Positions 41,670-51,674 of a stretch of DNA of 64,000 nt are shown one piece after another. The position numbers were made by a program, and so were the translations under genes. Each line of letters begins with the position of its first letter. Position 1 is the first letter of the stretch. The notes below the pieces were generated by a model that saw only the letters and a list, made by a program, of their open reading frames with translations, did no database searches and was not told where the DNA came from. This stretch comes from an uncultured delta proteobacterium (lineage in GTDB: Bacteria; Desulfobacterota; RBG-13-43-22): positions 128,001 to 192,000 of the forward strand of contig CAWJJC010000012.1 in assembly GCA_963843145.1 (NCBI GenBank). The letters are read 5' to 3'.

Positions 41670-42437
41670 TTATTCGCCGGCGGCCAATAGGGCCGCGCCA
41701 TAGGCGCCGACCGTTTCCGGGGTTTCCGGGATGAAGATTTCCGTATCCAGTTCCCGTCTCAACAATTCCACCAGACCCACGTTTCGGGCCACTCCGCCGA
41801 CGAGCAGCACTTCCTTTTCCATCCCTACCCTCCGGACCAGGGAGACGATCCGGTCGGCGATGGCCTCGTGAACGGCCCGGGCGATATCCGGCTTGGGAGT
41901 CTGGGAATGAATCAGAGTGACCAGCTCCGATTCGGCAAATACGGCGCATTGAGCGTTCATGGCCACGGCTCTGGTAGATAGCAACGAAAGCGGCCCTAAC
42001 TGTTCAATGGTCACTTCCAGCGCCCGGGCCATGGCTTCGGTAAAGGCCCCGGTCCCGGCAGCGCATTTTTCATTGATGGCGAAGTCCACCACCTTACCGC
42101 CGGCGTCGATCCTGATGGCCCGTGCTTCTTCGGCCCCCACGTCGATGACGGTTCGGATGCGCGACTCCAATCCGATAGCGCCTCTGGCCACTGCCGAAAC
42201 CTCGCTGACCTGGTCGTGGGCTTCGGAAACTTCTTTCCTCCCGGCGCCGGTGGAGAGGATCCGATCTATTTGATTTAACTGGACCCCGGCCTGGGGCAGG
42301 GCGTCCGCCCAGGCGGCCTGCGTCGATTCCTTGAGGTCATATCCAACCGGGATAATGGTTTGGCCTATAATCAGGTTATCCTTTAAAAGGATGATTTTGA
42401 TGGTTTTCGCGCCCACATCCACGCCCGCTGTAAACAT
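41670..42437 (-). CDS. ASKHA activase subunit, BzdP/BcrD-like partner of BzdQ
   Basis: GVDVGAKT, STGAGR, DVGAEEAR, NEKCAAGTGAF, NAQCAVFAESE; adjacent to bzdQ. Confidence 0.82.
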   Translation of the reverse strand: MFTAGVDVGAKTIKIILLKDNLIIGQTIIPVGYDLKESTQAAWADALPQAGVQLNQIDRILSTGAGRKEVSEAHDQVSEVSAVARGAIGLESRIRTVIDVGAEEARAIRIDAGGKVVDFAINEKCAAGTGAFTEAMARALEVTIEQLGPLSLLSTRAVAMNAQCAVFAESELVTLIHSQTPKPDIARAVHEAIADRIVSLVRRVGMEKEVLLVGGVARNVGLVELLRRELDTEIFIPETPETVGAYGAALLAAGE

Positions 42438-42714
42438 GATGTTCTTCCTCTTTTATTCAAAAGGTCTTCCGGCGGCACTATTTCCAGAAAGGCTTCCAGG
42501 CGAATTTCAAACTGGCCGATGTCTAGTTCCGGCAGACTACCATGCCTCTTATTGTTTTGTCCAGTGGTTGGGCAGGGTTATGGTAGGCGGGGACCACGGT
42601 CTGCGGTCCGAGGCGATGGACCGCTTCGGACCGATTTACGGATTTACGGAGGGCTGACGGACCAGGCGCATAATCCCGTTTTTGATTTTGTTCCGGAACG
42701 GTATGCAGCCTGGC

Positions 42715-43329
42715 CTATTCCTCTGATTCGGGTTCGGAGGAGGCCGGGGGAGATAGGAACGCTTGGGTCAGAACATAAGCGGCTTGAACGGCCTCAGTAG
42801 GACAAAGCGGAAAGCATTCTTTGCAGTTCCAGCACTCCTTAGCGGCTATTTCCGGAATAAAGCTGATCTCCTTCCATATACCCCGGTCAATAAACCCCAC
42901 GGCGTTCTTCTTCTTGACCTCGGCACAGTAGCGTACGCACAGACCACAATGAATGCAAAAGGAGGCCTCTTTTTCAAACCGGTCTTTGTCGGCCCCGTAC
43001 TCTCGAGCCAAATCCTGCAGATCAAAGGCATCCGGAGCATGAGCCAATAACAACTGCAGGATCATTTTGCGGATTCTATCCACTTTCGGAGACCTGGTTC
43101 TGACGACTAAATTTTTTTCCACCGGGTAAACGCAGGAAACAACCAGTCTGGTCCCACCGCGACTCTCCAATTCCACAAGGCACAGCCGGCAACCTCCAAA
43201 AGGCTCTAATTTTTCGTGGTAACAAAGTGTCGGAATCGAAATTCCCGCACTTCGGGCGGCTTCCAAAAGGGTCATTCCTTCCTGGGCGCTGACTTCTTTT
43301 CCGTCAATTTGCAATAGGATTTCGCTCAT
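42715..43329 (-). CDS. bamI: BamI, NuoG/HoxU-like Fe-S subunit of class II benzoyl-CoA reductase
   Basis: IPTLC..GGCRLC..SC [2Fe-2S], CIHCGLC and CWNCKECFPLCP; operon context. Confidence 0.85.
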   Translation of the reverse strand: MSEILLQIDGKEVSAQEGMTLLEAARSAGISIPTLCYHEKLEPFGGCRLCLVELESRGGTRLVVSCVYPVEKNLVVRTRSPKVDRIRKMILQLLLAHAPDAFDLQDLAREYGADKDRFEKEASFCIHCGLCVRYCAEVKKKNAVGFIDRGIWKEISFIPEIAAKECWNCKECFPLCPTEAVQAAYVLTQAFLSPPASSEPESEE

Positions 43330-45254
43330 TTTTTCTTACTCTCCCGGACTATCGTTCGCGCTTCTTCGGGAACAGGGGGCGGCACCGGCTCGCCGGAAAT
43401 CTTGTTCACCGAGCGAAAGCGAGGGGGGCAGACTTCAAAGCAGGTTCCGCATTTGGTGCACTTCTCCTGGTCAATGACATGGATCCGGTTCTTGCCCCCT
43501 TCAATCGCTCCGGCCGGGCACTTCTTCAGACAAATCATACAGGCCTGACACTTCGCCGGGTCTATATGGTAGGCAATCAGCTCCTTGCAGGACAAGGCCG
43601 GGCATCTTTTCTCCTTGATGTGGGCCTCGTACTCATCCCGGAAGTAGCGTAACGTGCTTAGAAACGGGTTCGGAGCGCTCTTGCCCAAAGCACAAAGGGC
43701 GGCTTCCTTGGCCGTCTCGGATAGCTCTTCCAGGAGCTCGATGTCACCCTCTTGGCCTTTTCCCTGGGTGATCTTCGTGAGAATCTTCAGCATCTGCCGC
43801 AGGCCTTCACGGCAGGGCACGCATTTGCCGCAGGATTCATCGGTGAGGAAGTTCATGAAGTACCTGGAAACATCCACCATGCAGGTAGTTTCATCCATCA
43901 CGATCATCCCACCGGATCCCATCATGGAACCGACCTGGGTGAGTTCATCAAAACCGACCGGCAGATCCAACAATTCCTCCGGGATGCAGCCGCCCGACGG
44001 TCCTCCGGTCTGCACGGCTTTGAAGCGCTTGCCGCCCGGAATGCCCCCGCCTATCTTGAAGATAATATCCCTCAGGGACGTGCCCATGGGTACTTCCACC
44101 AGGCCGGTATTGGTGATCTTGCCGACCAGGGAGAAAATCTTGGTGCCCTTGCTGCTCTCCGTACCATATTGGGTAAACCAGTCCGCCCCTTTATCGATGA
44201 TCAAGGGCACATTGGCCCAGGTCTCCACATTGTTCAAAACGCTGGGTTTACCCCAGAGGCCCACGATGTTGGAGCGGATATATTTCGGTCGGGGCTCTCC
44301 GACCCGGCCTTCCAGGGCCGTCATCAGCGCCGTTGATTCGCCACAGACAAAAGCTCCCGCCCCCTGATGCACGATCACTTTGAAATCAAAGCCCGTGCCC
44401 AGGATGTTCCGGCCCAGCAGGCCGTACTCCTCCGCCTGCCGGATGGCGAGAAAGACGTTTTCCACGGCTAAAGGGTATTCCTGTCGAACGTAGATATAGC
44501 CCTCGTGGGCGCCGACGGCATAGGCCCCGATGGTCAGCCCTTCGAGAACGGCGTGGGGATTCCCCTCGAGCAGGCTCCGGTCCATGTAGGCCCCCGGGTC
44601 CCCCTCGTCGGCATTGACGATTACATATTTAATCTCCTCCGGGGCATTGCGGGATCCTTCCCACTTGCGCCCGGCAGGAAAGCCGCCGCCCCCCCGCCCT
44701 CGCAGGTTGGCTTTCTTGACTTCCTGCAACACCTGATCGGAGGTCATTCCGGAAAGGGCTTTGGCCAAGGCGGAATACCCGCCAATAGCCAGATAATCAT
44801 CGATATTTTTGGGATCCACACTGCCGTTGGAACCGAAGACCAGCCGCTTCTGGTATTTGTAGAAGGGGATGTCTCCTTCATGAACGATCTTTTCCTGGGT
44901 GTCAGGGTCGGTATAGAGCAGACGTTCGATGACCTTCTTCTCTTTGATCGTCTGGGAGAGTATCTCCGGAACATCCTCCGGCTTTATCTGGAAATAACAT
45001 ATTTCCTCGGGATGGATAACGATAATGGGACCCCGCTCACAAAAACCGTGACAGCCGGTTTTCCGCAGGTCCACCGCAGCGCCTAAGCCTTGTTTCTCAA
45101 TCTCTTCTTCGATGCGCGCCGCGACTTCCCGGCTGCCGGAAGCATGGCAAGCCGATCCGGAGCAGAGGGTGATGCACGGTTTTTGGGGATCTCGGGTCGA
45201 AAGGATTTCCTTCCGGATTGCTTCCAATTCAGCGGGTGAATTTATCCGCGCCAT
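43326..45254 (-). CDS. bamH: BamH, NuoF-like NADH/FMN-binding subunit
   Basis: LRGRGGGGF, NADEGDPG, GAGAFVCGE, ESCGKCVPCREG, C-terminal 2x[4Fe-4S]. Confidence 0.9.
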   Translation of the reverse strand: MARINSPAELEAIRKEILSTRDPQKPCITLCSGSACHASGSREVAARIEEEIEKQGLGAAVDLRKTGCHGFCERGPIIVIHPEEICYFQIKPEDVPEILSQTIKEKKVIERLLYTDPDTQEKIVHEGDIPFYKYQKRLVFGSNGSVDPKNIDDYLAIGGYSALAKALSGMTSDQVLQEVKKANLRGRGGGGFPAGRKWEGSRNAPEEIKYVIVNADEGDPGAYMDRSLLEGNPHAVLEGLTIGAYAVGAHEGYIYVRQEYPLAVENVFLAIRQAEEYGLLGRNILGTGFDFKVIVHQGAGAFVCGESTALMTALEGRVGEPRPKYIRSNIVGLWGKPSVLNNVETWANVPLIIDKGADWFTQYGTESSKGTKIFSLVGKITNTGLVEVPMGTSLRDIIFKIGGGIPGGKRFKAVQTGGPSGGCIPEELLDLPVGFDELTQVGSMMGSGGMIVMDETTCMVDVSRYFMNFLTDESCGKCVPCREGLRQMLKILTKITQGKGQEGDIELLEELSETAKEAALCALGKSAPNPFLSTLRYFRDEYEAHIKEKRCPALSCKELIAYHIDPAKCQACMICLKKCPAGAIEGGKNRIHVIDQEKCTKCGTCFEVCPPRFRSVNKISGEPVPPPVPEEARTIVRESKKK

Positions 45255-45263
45255 AATTCTTCC

Positions 45264-45716
45264 TTACTCATAATTTTTTAACACGTTGGCTGCCTCGGCC
45301 GGCGCCATCTTACCGTGGGTTTTTCCATCGATTTCCATCACCGGTCCCAAAGCACAGCAGCCGAGGCAGTTGACGGTCTGCAGGCTGAACTTCAAATCCA
45401 GGTCCGATTCCCCGGGGTGAATGCCGGTCAGGTCCTGCACCGTATCAAGAACCCTCTGGGCTCCACGGACATGACAGGCCGTCCCCAAGCAAATGTGAAT
45501 TTCATGACGCCCCTTCGGGACCAGGCTGAAGGCTTTATAAAAGGTGGCGATATGCTGGATGCGGGTCATGGGAACCTGTAGCCGTTCGGCGACCCGCCCC
45601 AAAATTTCCTGGGGAAGCCAATGTTTTTCGGCCTGAATCTCCAGCAGTACCTGAATGAGCGAACTGGGCTCACCGTGATGTTTATCGATGATTTGATCGA
45701 TTCTCTCGTTATCCAT
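45264..45716 (-). CDS. bamG: BamG, NuoE-like [2Fe-2S] subunit
   Basis: CLGTACHVRG, CLGCCALGP. Confidence 0.9.
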   Translation of the reverse strand: MDNERIDQIIDKHHGEPSSLIQVLLEIQAEKHWLPQEILGRVAERLQVPMTRIQHIATFYKAFSLVPKGRHEIHICLGTACHVRGAQRVLDTVQDLTGIHPGESDLDLKFSLQTVNCLGCCALGPVMEIDGKTHGKMAPAEAANVLKNYE

Positions 45717-45770
45717 AGCCTTTGTTCCTGATCTCCCTCTGGCTCTTAAGGCAACGCGCGCTCTTGCATC

Positions 45771-46538
45771 TCAGGAGAGCGCATAGCGCTTCAGGCTTTC
45801 ATCATACCGCACCAGTCGATGTTTGGATGAAATCCCCAGGTGTTTTGATACTTCAGACGGGGTAAGACCTATACCCTGGGCGATTTCTCCGGTGGTGAGG
45901 GGCCCTTTTCGCAGGAGCGACACAATCTGGCCTATAGCCAATTTTTCTATAATGGTCTCATCAAATATCCGCTTCAGTTCGTCACTGTCAAAAAACTTCT
46001 GGTACGCCTCTTCTGCCAGGGCGGGTAACCTCAGCCGCTCCCTTTCCACCAGTCTAATGTAGGGGATGAGTTCGGTCACCACCCCCAGCTTGAGCTGCAA
46101 TCCTTTGGCCTCCAGGCCTTCGCCTTCGCCGAGCGGTCCCAATTCCTTCACCTGCTTGATAAAATCATTGACCGATTCAACAAAAAGGCCTCCTTCGGCG
46201 CCGGACATAAATTGAATCTTTAACCTTTCCGGCCTCAACCCGAGGTGCTCCATAATTTTCTTGCTGATATGCACCATGGTCAAGGCATGGTAGTTCCCGT
46301 GGGTGATGTAGTTGCATTCATTGAGATGGCAGGCGCCAATAAATACGCCATCCGCTCCCCTGGAGAAAGCCCGGAAGACATGGGCCAGGTCGATCCTGCC
46401 GGAACACATGACGCGAATAAGCCTCATTTCGGTGGAATATTGCAGTCTGGAAACTCCAGCCAGGTCCGCGGCGCCGTAGGCTCACCAATGGCAGACAAAA
46501 CCCAATACTTTTGGCTTAAATCTAGGTCCGGCACTCAT
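45771..46538 (-). CDS. bamF: BamF, MvhD-like Fe-S selenoprotein with C-terminal winged-helix-like extension (Sec at codon 19)
   Basis: ATG 46538 with GGAGGT RBS gives MSAGPRFKPKVLGFVCHW-U(TGA 46482-46484)-AYGAADLAG, in frame with ORF 45771..46427; U occupies the second Cys of the MvhD CxWC motif. Confidence 0.92.
46442..46469 (-). promoter_or_regulatory. Candidate bacterial SECIS of bamF
   Basis: CUGGA-GUU-UCCAG apical stem-loop with G first in the loop, about 28 nt after UGA; lower GCGG/CUGC pairing. Confidence 0.55.
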
Positions 46539-46556
46539 TCGTTCCTACCTCCGTAC

Positions 46557-46616
46557 TTAGATTCTTACCTCCGTTGTTCTGAGAATTTGTCTTTAACAAT
46601 GGAGGTAAGAATCTAA
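46557..46616. repeat. 22-bp near-perfect hairpin between bamE and bamF
   Basis: ttagattcttacctccgttgtt / aacaatggaggtaagaatctaa, one mismatch, 16-nt loop. Confidence 0.85.
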
Positions 46617-46666
46617 ATTTCAAATATTTTTGGCTAGCCTTTCCGGCTTTAGTCCTGCACAGGCTT

Positions 46667-49600
46667 CTAGGCATTTACAGCCGCCGCCATAGGTTCAATG
46701 ATCATTTCATCGGAAATCGCCGCGTCAATTTCGCTCAAGATCTCTTCGTCGGTAAAGTGTTTTAGAAAAATGGCACTGGTGGCGCACTTGGTGTTGCAGA
46801 GGCCGTCGCCTTTACAGAGGACCGGATTCACCTTGGCCTTTCGGCCCTGCGGCGTCTCGTAAAACTCAATGGCGCCGTACGTGCAGGCAGTGATGCAGGC
46901 CCCGCAGGAAACACACTTCTCCTCATTCACCTCGCAGACGGCGCCGGAAGCGACAACGGTCTCATGGGAGAGGAGCGTTAAAACCCGGCCGGCGGCTCCA
47001 TAAGATTGGTTAATCGTTTCCGGAATAAACTTGGGATAATGGGCCAAACCGCAGAGGTAGACGCCGTCCGTGGCAAACTCCACCGGTCTTAATTTGACAT
47101 GGGCTTCTTTGAAGAAGCCGTCCGGGCTCAAGGTTACCTTGAAGAATCCGGCAATTTCTTTGGTGCTGGCGGAGGGAATAACCGCGGCCGCCAGGGCCAG
47201 GATATCGGCATCCAGTTCCAGCTTTTTGCCCAAGATGGAATCGGTCTGGGTAACTTTGAGAACGGGACGACCGTCCTCCGATGTCCCCGCTTCTACCTGA
47301 GGCGCATCCTGCGGCTCGTAGCGGATAAACTTGACGTCTTTATTCGAGGCTTCCCGGTAATAATCTTCTTTAAAGCCATAGGTCCTCATATCCCTGAAGA
47401 GTATGGTGATATCCATCTGCGGGTTAAGCTCTTTCAGTTTCAAGGCATGCTTGACGGACTGGCTGCAACAAATCCGGCTGCAATAATTCCGGTCTTGATT
47501 TCGGCAGCCGATGCATTGGATCATCACCAGACTCTGGGAGTTAATCACCCGTTCATCTCCTAGAGCGATCCGCCCTTCCAGCTCCAGGTGCGTCAGAACC
47601 CGGTCATCTTCTCCATACAAGTATTCCGTCGGTCGGTAAACCTCGGCCCCGGTGGCGATGACGGCGGCGCCATGTCGTATCTCGGTGACCCCTCGGTCGG
47701 ATTTCACTTTGGTGACGAAACTCCCGATATAGCCGGTCGCTTCGGTGATGGTCGCCTCGGTATAGACATGGATCAAGGGGTGCCGATACACCCGACTCAC
47801 CAGTTCCCGCACCTGGGCCTGGACGTCCAGGCCTTCCAGGGTATAATGGATTTTTCGGGCGATCCCCCCCAAATCGGTTTCCTTTTCCACCAGGTGCACC
47901 TCGTGCCCCTGTTCGGCAATGGAAAGCGCACAGGTCAGGCCGGCCAGACCCCCGCCGACCACCAAGGCCGCCCTGTTGACCGGCAGATCAAATTCCTGCA
48001 GCGGCTCCAGGTGACAGGCGCGGGCCACCGACATGCGGATGATATCTTTGGCTTTCTGGGTGGCTTCTTCCTTTTCCTTCGAGTGAACCCAGGAGTTATG
48101 CTCTCGGATATTCGCCATGTCTAAATAATATTGATTGATTCCCGCCTCCCGTAGGGTGTCCCGGAATAACGGTTCCAGGGTCCGGGGGGAGCAGGCAGCG
48201 ACAATGACGCGATTGAGCCCTTTTTCCCTGGTCAGGTCCGTTATTTCTTTGGCCGAATTCGTCGCACAGGAAAAAACCTGATTCTGAGCGTGGACCACAT
48301 TGGGCAGGGATTTGCAATACTCGACCGTGTCGGGAACATTTACCACGGAGGAGATATTCGCCCCGCAATGACAGACAAAGACTCCGATCCGCGGCTCCTC
48401 TTGGGAAACATCCCTTTCCGGGGGATAGATTCTTTCCCGGGTCAGCTTCCCGCGCCGGTAGTTCAGGAATTGGCCGCATTGGGAGCCGGCACCACTGGCG
48501 CTGAAAACCGCCTCCGGGATATCGACCGGCCCCTGGAGGGCGCCGCTGACAAAGATCCCGGGCCTGTTGGTCACCAGAGGATTGACCGGATCGAGCTTGC
48601 AAAAATTGTGGTGATTGAGTTCGATGCCGAATTTCTTGGCCAACCCCGATACCTCCGCCGGAGGGTTCAATCCGACGGATAGTACCACCATATCGAATTC
48701 TTCCTCTTGGACGCCGTCTTCGGGGGTGGCATACCGCAGGGTGACATTCTTGGTTTCCGGGATCTCTTTTCCTAGAGATACATAGCTTCTGATAAAGCGA
48801 ACCCCGGGGAGGTTCTCGGCCCTTTGGTAGTAGCGTTCGAAATCCTTCCCGAAGGAACGAATATCGTTATGGAATATGGTACATTCGGCCTCCGGGTGAT
48901 GATCCTTGGTCAAAATCACCTGTTTCTGGGTATAGGTGCAACAGACGGCGGAACAATAGCTGTTACCGCCCGGAGGGTTGATCTGTCTGGAACCGACGCA
49001 TTGGATCCAGGCGATTTTACGGGGATGCTTCAGGTCGGAAGCACGCAGTATCTCACCAGCGTAGGCCCCGGTGGAGGATAAGAGCCGTTCATAGTCCATA
49101 CTGGTCACCACGTTTTGGAACTCTCCGTAGTGATAATCTCCCCGTACCTTAGGGTCAAAGGGCTCGAGGCCGAGGGAGAGAATGATCGCCGCAACCTTCA
49201 GCTCCAGCTTCTCCGGCACTTGATGGAAATCGATGGCCTTATTTTCGCACACGCCTTCGCAGATACGACATTTCTTCTCCTTCAGATATAGACAGCTTTC
49301 GTCGATATAGGAGACCAGGGGAATGGCCTGGGAGAAGTAGATATGAACGGCTTTATTCTCCGATATTTCCTGATTAAATGGATCGGGGTATAATACCGGG
49401 CAGTATTTCACGCAAGTGGTACAACCCGTGCATTGATCCTCTTTGATATATCTTGGTTTTCTGGTCAGGGAGACCGTAAAATCTCCCGCTTCCCCTTCGA
49501 TACCGTTCACTTCAGTATACGTCAGGACCTCGATGTTGGGATGCCGGCCGACCTCGACCAGTTTGGGTGACAGGATTCACATGGAGCAGTCATTGGTGGG

Positions 49601-49792
49601 AAAGGTCTTGTCCAATTGGGCCATGTGGCCCCCGATGCTCGGTGCCTTCTCAACCAGGTAGACCCTAAAACCCGCCGTGGCCAGATCGAGTGAGGCTTGA
49701 ATACCGCTGATCCCTCCACCGACAACCAGGACGTCGCCGAAAGTCCCGGCGTCGAGACTATTCGCCTGCTGTTCCGTCTGTTCTTTTTCCAC
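46667..49792 (-). CDS. bamE: BamE, HdrA-like flavin/Fe-S selenoprotein (Sec at codon 72)
   Basis: ORFs 49577..49792 and 46667..49510 are in frame across TGA 49577-49579: [30 protein letters not shown], i.e. the HdrA CxxC motif. Two FAD-binding halves and multiple Fe-S motifs. Confidence 0.93.
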
Positions 49793-49824
49793 TTCTCTTT
49801 CCCTCTTCAGGTTTCTCGGGTTAA

Positions 49825-50976
49825 TTATATTGTTTCATTAATGATTTCAGTGAGATCCTTCACCTCGAGGCGTTCGCTAAGCTCCAGAGTCAACCGGCTG
49901 TCTTCGAACATGGTAATGCAGTAGGGGCAGGCGGTCACCAGCACTTCGGCCCCAACCCCCAAGGCTTGTTCCAGGCGGAGTTCGGAAAATCGTTCACCCT
50001 TTGGCGTCTCCATCCAGATCCGGCCGCCGCCTCCTCCGCAACAGAGGCTGTCAACCCGTGAATCCGGCAGTTCCATCAGCTCCAACCCGGGGATTTTCTT
50101 TAAGGCCTCCCGGGGCTCGTCAAATATACCATTATGGCGACCCAGGTAGCAGGGGTCATGATACGCCACTTTTCTTCCATATTCCTTTTTGATCTCCAAC
50201 CTCCCTGTCTGAAGCAGCTCGAATAAATACTGGGAGATGTGAATGACCTCAAAATTCACCTGGAATTCCGGATACTCATTCTTGAAGGTATGGTAGCAGT
50301 GGGGGGAGGAAACCAGGATTTTTTTCACCCCATGATCGATGAAGGTTTTGATGTTTTCCCGGGCCAGGCGTTTGAATAATTCCTCATCGCCCGCCTTGCG
50401 GATGCTTTCTCCGCAGCAATTTTCCTTCGTGCCCAGTATCCCAAAGTCCACCCCGGCTTGATTGAGCAGAGCGGCTGTGGCCCGGGCCACCTTTTTTAAC
50501 CTGGGATCATAGCTGAGGTAACAACCGGGGAAATATAAAATTTCCATCCCCTCGGTGAAGGGTTTGACCGACAGTCCTTCCGCCCACTTGGCTCTGTCTT
50601 TTCGCGCTTCAGTCAAGGGGTTCCCTTCGTCAATGAGGCTGGCGCTGGCGGTACGCACCGGCTTGACGGCCTTCGGAAAAACTTGATATTCCGTGGCAAT
50701 CCGGCGCAGGGCGATCCCGGATTGTATCTGTTGGACGTCTCGGGGACAGCGCTGCGGGCAACGGCCGCAGGTCGTACAGCGCCAGATTTCTTCACTTTCT
50801 ATGTCCGTCAAACCGAACGTGGCCTCCCGAACGATCTTGCGTATACTGAAGTTTCTGACCCGGTTCCAGGGACAAACCGTATCGCATAATCCGCATTGAT
50901 AGCATCGCTTGAAGGCGTCTCCACCGCTCGCCTTGATGACTTCTATGATCTCTTGATAGGGGGCTACAGTCTCCAC
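49825..50976 (-). CDS. bamD: BamD, HdrC/HdrD-like Fe-S protein with CCG domains
   Basis: [50 protein letters not shown]. Confidence 0.9.
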   Translation of the reverse strand: METVAPYQEIIEVIKASGGDAFKRCYQCGLCDTVCPWNRVRNFSIRKIVREATFGLTDIESEEIWRCTTCGRCPQRCPRDVQQIQSGIALRRIATEYQVFPKAVKPVRTASASLIDEGNPLTEARKDRAKWAEGLSVKPFTEGMEILYFPGCYLSYDPRLKKVARATAALLNQAGVDFGILGTKENCCGESIRKAGDEELFKRLARENIKTFIDHGVKKILVSSPHCYHTFKNEYPEFQVNFEVIHISQYLFELLQTGRLEIKKEYGRKVAYHDPCYLGRHNGIFDEPREALKKIPGLELMELPDSRVDSLCCGGGGGRIWMETPKGERFSELRLEQALGVGAEVLVTACPYCITMFEDSRLTLELSERLEVKDLTEIINETI

Positions 50977-51097
50977 GGTCTTTCTCAGTCCTTTTCCCGG
51001 GGCATAAGGGGATGTTTACCCTTTCTAATCCGAAAACGGTTCTCTAAATCGTTACCAGGCGGGCTTTTAATTTCAGCCAAAAATTGAAAATTTTTGG

Positions 51098-51649
51098 CTA
51101 GCCCTTCTTGGACACGGACAGTCGGGCCACAGTGTCCAGGACCTTCTCCAAGCCATATTTGTCTACCAATGATTCCAACCCGATTTCCACGTCCTCGGCC
51201 TTCACCTCTTCTTCGACTTCCTCTTCCCTTTCTTCGTACGACAGGGCATTCACCAGGCACCACTTGACGCACAAGGGCTCCTCCTCGCCTTCACACATAT
51301 CGCATTTCAGCGGAAGACCGGAATCGGGTTCCTTGAAAAGATCCCGGGAGGGGCAGGAAGAGCGGCAAAAAGCACATTCGTCGTATTCTTTACCGTCAAT
51401 CACATATTTGTCCCGCCCCATACACTCGGCTTTAGCATTTTCGCCGGCGTAAACGGGAACATAAACGTCTTTCAGCGGTTCACGAATCACTCGAATACGG
51501 GACCTGGCCGGATTATTGCTGCTATATTGGGGTGCCGCGTGAAAGGCGGAGCAGGCGACCTCGCAGGCTCGGCAACCGTTGCATTTATCCACATCGACCT
51601 TTATCGTTTTAACTATTTTCTTTTTCTTCTCACCCATGACGATACCCAC
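51098..51649 (-). CDS. bamC: BamC, [4Fe-4S] electron-transfer subunit
   Basis: CNGCRACEVACSAFH...SSNNPARSRI, ECAFCRSSCPSR, PLKCDMC; follows bamB. Confidence 0.92.
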   Translation of the reverse strand: MGIVMGEKKKKIVKTIKVDVDKCNGCRACEVACSAFHAAPQYSSNNPARSRIRVIREPLKDVYVPVYAGENAKAECMGRDKYVIDGKEYDECAFCRSSCPSRDLFKEPDSGLPLKCDMCEGEEEPLCVKWCLVNALSYEEREEEVEEEVKAEDVEIGLESLVDKYGLEKVLDTVARLSVSKKG

Positions 51650-51674
51650 CTCTTCACTTTATTTCTCCAGCCAT

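Noticed and set aside
42715-45716. nuoEFG (complex I) or hydrogenase diaphorase annotation
   Set aside because: No membrane Nuo or catalytic hydrogenase subunits; the position in the bamB operon identifies them as BamGHI.
46667-49792. bamE and bamF as nonsense pseudogenes
   Set aside because: Both TGA codons align exactly with conserved Cys positions in families known to use Sec, and the frames are otherwise intact.
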